Source: Candidatus Zixiibacteriota bacterium
Lineage (GTDB): Bacteria; Zixibacteria; MSB-5A5; UBA10806; 4484-95
Assembly: GCA_029932605.1 (NCBI GenBank)
Contig: JAOZPT010000020.1
Coordinates: forward strand, 1-39,930
Length of the DNA stretch: 39,930 bases
Reading direction: 5' to 3'
The position numbers were made by a program, and so were the translations under genes. The notes under the pieces are model-generated. The model had not been told where the DNA came from. It did not search any database and saw only the letters and a program-made list of their open reading frames with translations. Of this stretch, positions 37,442 to 39,930 are shown piece after piece (positions within the stretch are counted from its first letter, which is position 1; each line of letters begins with the position of its first letter).

Positions 37442-38073
37442 TGAAAAATATAGGTCGTAAGTCGGGTATGCCTGTAAAAATAGGCCTTACAGGTGGCCCT
37501 GGTGTGGGCAAGACAGAGGTTGCTAATATCTTGGCGAAAAGAGGGCTGAAGGTAATCAGCGCTGATGCGCTGGGACATGGATTGTTAATGAATGATAGAA
37601 AAATCAAAAGAAAGCTTGTCACCTTGCTTGGTCGTGATGTTCTTACAGAAAACGGTGTATTTGACAGGCAAAAAATCGGAATGATTGTGTTTAACAATTA
37701 TGAAAAACTGATAAAATTTAACGGTATAATCCATCCTCAATTGCTTAAGCAGTTGAAGAGAGAGCTTATAAGTTTCGAACGTGAAAGAAGTAACCGGATT
37801 ATCGTGGTTGAGGCTGCCTTAATCTTCGAATGGTTTATCGCTCACTGGTTTGACCTGGTGTTGGTTATCGATGCCTCAAGAGAAAAACGTATTGAACGTA
37901 TCTGTCGGGGCGGTTTGAGCAGGCGTCAGGCGCAAAGACGGATTGCCTCGCAGATTCCCCAGAAAGATAAAATTGCCCTGGCCGATTATGTAATAGATAA
38001 TAGCAAGAGTCGCAGATCTCTAGAAAAAAGTGTTGATAAATTTATCTTTGAGGTGAAAAATTTCTTCGCATAG
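37441..38073 (+). CDS. coaE: Dephospho-CoA kinase
   Basis: IGLTGGPGVGKT, ISADALGH, IIHP, VEAALIFE, RIASQIP and ADYVIDN. The start could instead be ATG 37468. Confidence 0.93.
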   Translation: MKNIGRKSGMPVKIGLTGGPGVGKTEVANILAKRGLKVISADALGHGLLMNDRKIKRKLVTLLGRDVLTENGVFDRQKIGMIVFNNYEKLIKFNGIIHPQLLKQLKRELISFERERSNRIIVVEAALIFEWFIAHWFDLVLVIDASREKRIERICRGGLSRRQAQRRIASQIPQKDKIALADYVIDNSKSRRSLEKSVDKFIFEVKNFFA

Positions 38074-38144
38074 ATACTGAATTTATCGTTTTCGTTGTCT
38101 GTCACGTTTGGAGATAATGATTTGAAAATAAGGAGTGGAAAATA

Positions 38145-38486
38145 ATGGTGTTATTAAATTACAAATTCTGGATGGGTTTCAATGGCTTTGTCCTACTTTT
38201 TCTGGCTGTAAATATAAGCACAATCGGGGTAGAAATTAATTCCGGTTTACCTTTTTTGGTTGGCCTTTGTTATTTGATATATATGTTTGTTTATCTCTCG
38301 AAAAGCATACTATGGAAAGTTCATGTTTTGATCGGTATAGGTATTGCCGGGACCCTATTTTACCTTATTGGAATGCTCACCGGTATGATTACTGATAATT
38401 TAAGTCCTTATGCTTGGACTCATATAGTTTTATCTATTATTTTGACGGGGGGTTCTTTTATGCATCTTAAATCAGAAAAGAAGTAA
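38145..38486 (+). CDS. Small hypothetical integral membrane protein (~4 TM)
   Basis: AGGAG Shine-Dalgarno at 38131-38135. The 113-aa product is almost entirely hydrophobic helices. Confidence 0.65.
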   Translation: MVLLNYKFWMGFNGFVLLFLAVNISTIGVEINSGLPFLVGLCYLIYMFVYLSKSILWKVHVLIGIGIAGTLFYLIGMLTGMITDNLSPYAWTHIVLSIILTGGSFMHLKSEKK

Positions 38487-38541
38487 TCTGTGTCATATTT
38501 TGGTTGGAGGTTTTTATATAGTAAATCTTATCAGACAATTA

Positions 38542-38570
38542 TTGACAATATGGACTATCATGTATATTTT
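38542..38570 (+). promoter_or_regulatory. Sigma70-type promoter for the aminotransferase
   Basis: Perfect TTGACA (38542-38547), 17-nt spacer, TATTTT (38565-38570). GAGGT RBS at 38667-38671. Confidence 0.55.
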
Positions 38571-38675
38571 AATTTATCGTGTTGAATTTTTAAAAAGATG
38601 TTTGAAAAACCGACTTTTTTACGGAATTTTTGCTAGATGACAACGGGTAATAATGGATTAAATTGAGAGGTATAA

Positions 38676-39839
38676 ATGAAACTTGCAAATAGGATGTCCC
38701 GGCTGGGCACAGAGACGGCTTTTGTGGTTCTGGCAAAAGCTAAGGAGATTGAAAAGAAGGGGGTTGAAGTCATCCATTTGGAGATTGGTGAACCGGATTT
38801 TGACACTCCCAAGAACATCATAGATGAGGCGATTAATGCTTTGAATAATCACTGGACTCACTACGGTCCATCCGCTGGTTTGCCCGAGTTTCGTCAGACC
38901 ATTGCGGAGCATGTAAGCAGTTCTCGGGGTATAAAAGTCGGTTCTGAGAATGTGGTAGTTACTCCCGGAGCCAAGCCGATAATGTTTTATAGCATACTGG
39001 CTCTGGTCAATGAGGGTGAAGAGGTTATTTATCCTAACCCCGGTTTTCCGATATATGAGTCCGTTATAAACTTTATTGGTGCCAAACCGGTGCCGATAAA
39101 AATGCGCGAGGAAAAGCAGTTTAGGCTTGATGTCGATGAATTGATATCACTTGTATCTCCTAAAACTCGTATGATAATTATAAACTCTCCCCAGAATCCT
39201 ACCGGCTCAATTTTAACGGAGGAGGACCTTAAAGCCATAGCTGAAATTGCTACAAAACATGATATTTATGTTCTCTCTGATGAGATTTACAGTTGTATTA
39301 TTTATAAGGGAAGACACCATTCAATCGCTTCTTTGCCTGGTATGTTGGAACGGACGATTATACTTGATGGTTATTCTAAGACCTATGCTATGACGGGATG
39401 GCGGCTTGGTTATGGTATCATGCCTTCAGGCCTGGCCGATCAGGTTGCCAAGCTTCAAACCAACTGTACTTCCTGCACGGCCAGTTTTACACAGAGGGCA
39501 GGAATGAGGGCTTTAAAAGATGACCAGTCGGCGGTTGAACGGATGGTTGCGGAGTTTAAAAAGCGTCGGGAAGTGATTGTTGAGGGTTTAAATAAGATCA
39601 AGGGGATTGAGTGCCAGATGCCTGAGGGTGCTTTTTATGTTTTTCCCAACGTAAAAAAACTTGGTATCAAATCGGGTCAACTTGAAGACAGGATTCTAAG
39701 TGAGGCTGGTGTAGCGGTTTTATCCGGCACCGCTTTTGGCGCTTACGGTGAGGGATATTTGAGGTTATCATATGCTAATTCGATTGATAACATTTTGAAA
39801 GGTCTGTCAAGAATAGCAGATTTTATAGAGAAATTATAA
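38676..39839 (+). CDS. PLP-dependent aminotransferase class I/II (aspartate aminotransferase-like)
   Basis: IGEPDFDTP, VTPGAK, INSPQNPTG, SDEIY, GYSKTYAMTGWRLGY (PLP Lys) and YLRLSYA. Confidence 0.95.
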   Translation: MKLANRMSRLGTETAFVVLAKAKEIEKKGVEVIHLEIGEPDFDTPKNIIDEAINALNNHWTHYGPSAGLPEFRQTIAEHVSSSRGIKVGSENVVVTPGAKPIMFYSILALVNEGEEVIYPNPGFPIYESVINFIGAKPVPIKMREEKQFRLDVDELISLVSPKTRMIIINSPQNPTGSILTEEDLKAIAEIATKHDIYVLSDEIYSCIIYKGRHHSIASLPGMLERTIILDGYSKTYAMTGWRLGYGIMPSGLADQVAKLQTNCTSCTASFTQRAGMRALKDDQSAVERMVAEFKKRREVIVEGLNKIKGIECQMPEGAFYVFPNVKKLGIKSGQLEDRILSEAGVAVLSGTAFGAYGEGYLRLSYANSIDNILKGLSRIADFIEKL

Positions 39840-39930
39840 CTTACCCTCATACCGCCTTTATCGGACAGATATCAAGCTAAATTTTTTTGATATATTTTAC
39901 AAATATCTTATGGGTTGAATTGATTGGCCA

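Noticed and set aside
39840..39930. Rho-independent terminator after the aminotransferase
   Set aside because: There is a T-run but no convincing GC-rich stem before it.

Overview
This is a gene-dense bacterial chromosomal segment with 36 credible CDSs, all on the + strand. I found no tRNA, rRNA, CRISPR array or transposase. (1) 220-16044 is a surface-polysaccharide cluster: an SLBB/Poly_export protein, a chain-length co-polymerase, a WbpB/WbpD/WbpE/WbpI-like diamino-sugar set, three glycosyltransferases, a polysaccharide deacetylase, a formyltransferase, GmhB, an SDR epimerase/decarboxylase, and an unusual 770-aa fusion of a polytopic WecA/MraY-type phosphoglycosyl transferase to a WcaJ/WbaP-like module that has lost its catalytic motifs. 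(2) 16022-26718 follows with no break: serS, a sensor histidine kinase directly adjacent to a PorX-type REC-PglZ response regulator, tsaE-tsaB-rimI-accD-folC, uvrB and an unknown lipoprotein. (3) A ~107-bp nested palindromic (REP/RPE-like) element at 26769-26875 precedes a near-consensus sigma70 promoter and the run ftsK-lolA-hyp-rimO-slt-hyp-bamD-nadD-polA-coaE. (4) The window ends with a small membrane protein and a class I/II aminotransferase. The gene content (PorX-PglZ next to tsaE, bamD, lolA) and TTGACA-type promoters suggest a diderm FCB-group organism outside classical Bacteroidota, possibly Zixibacteria-like; this is an inference. All calls come from reading motifs by eye, and no database search was run.
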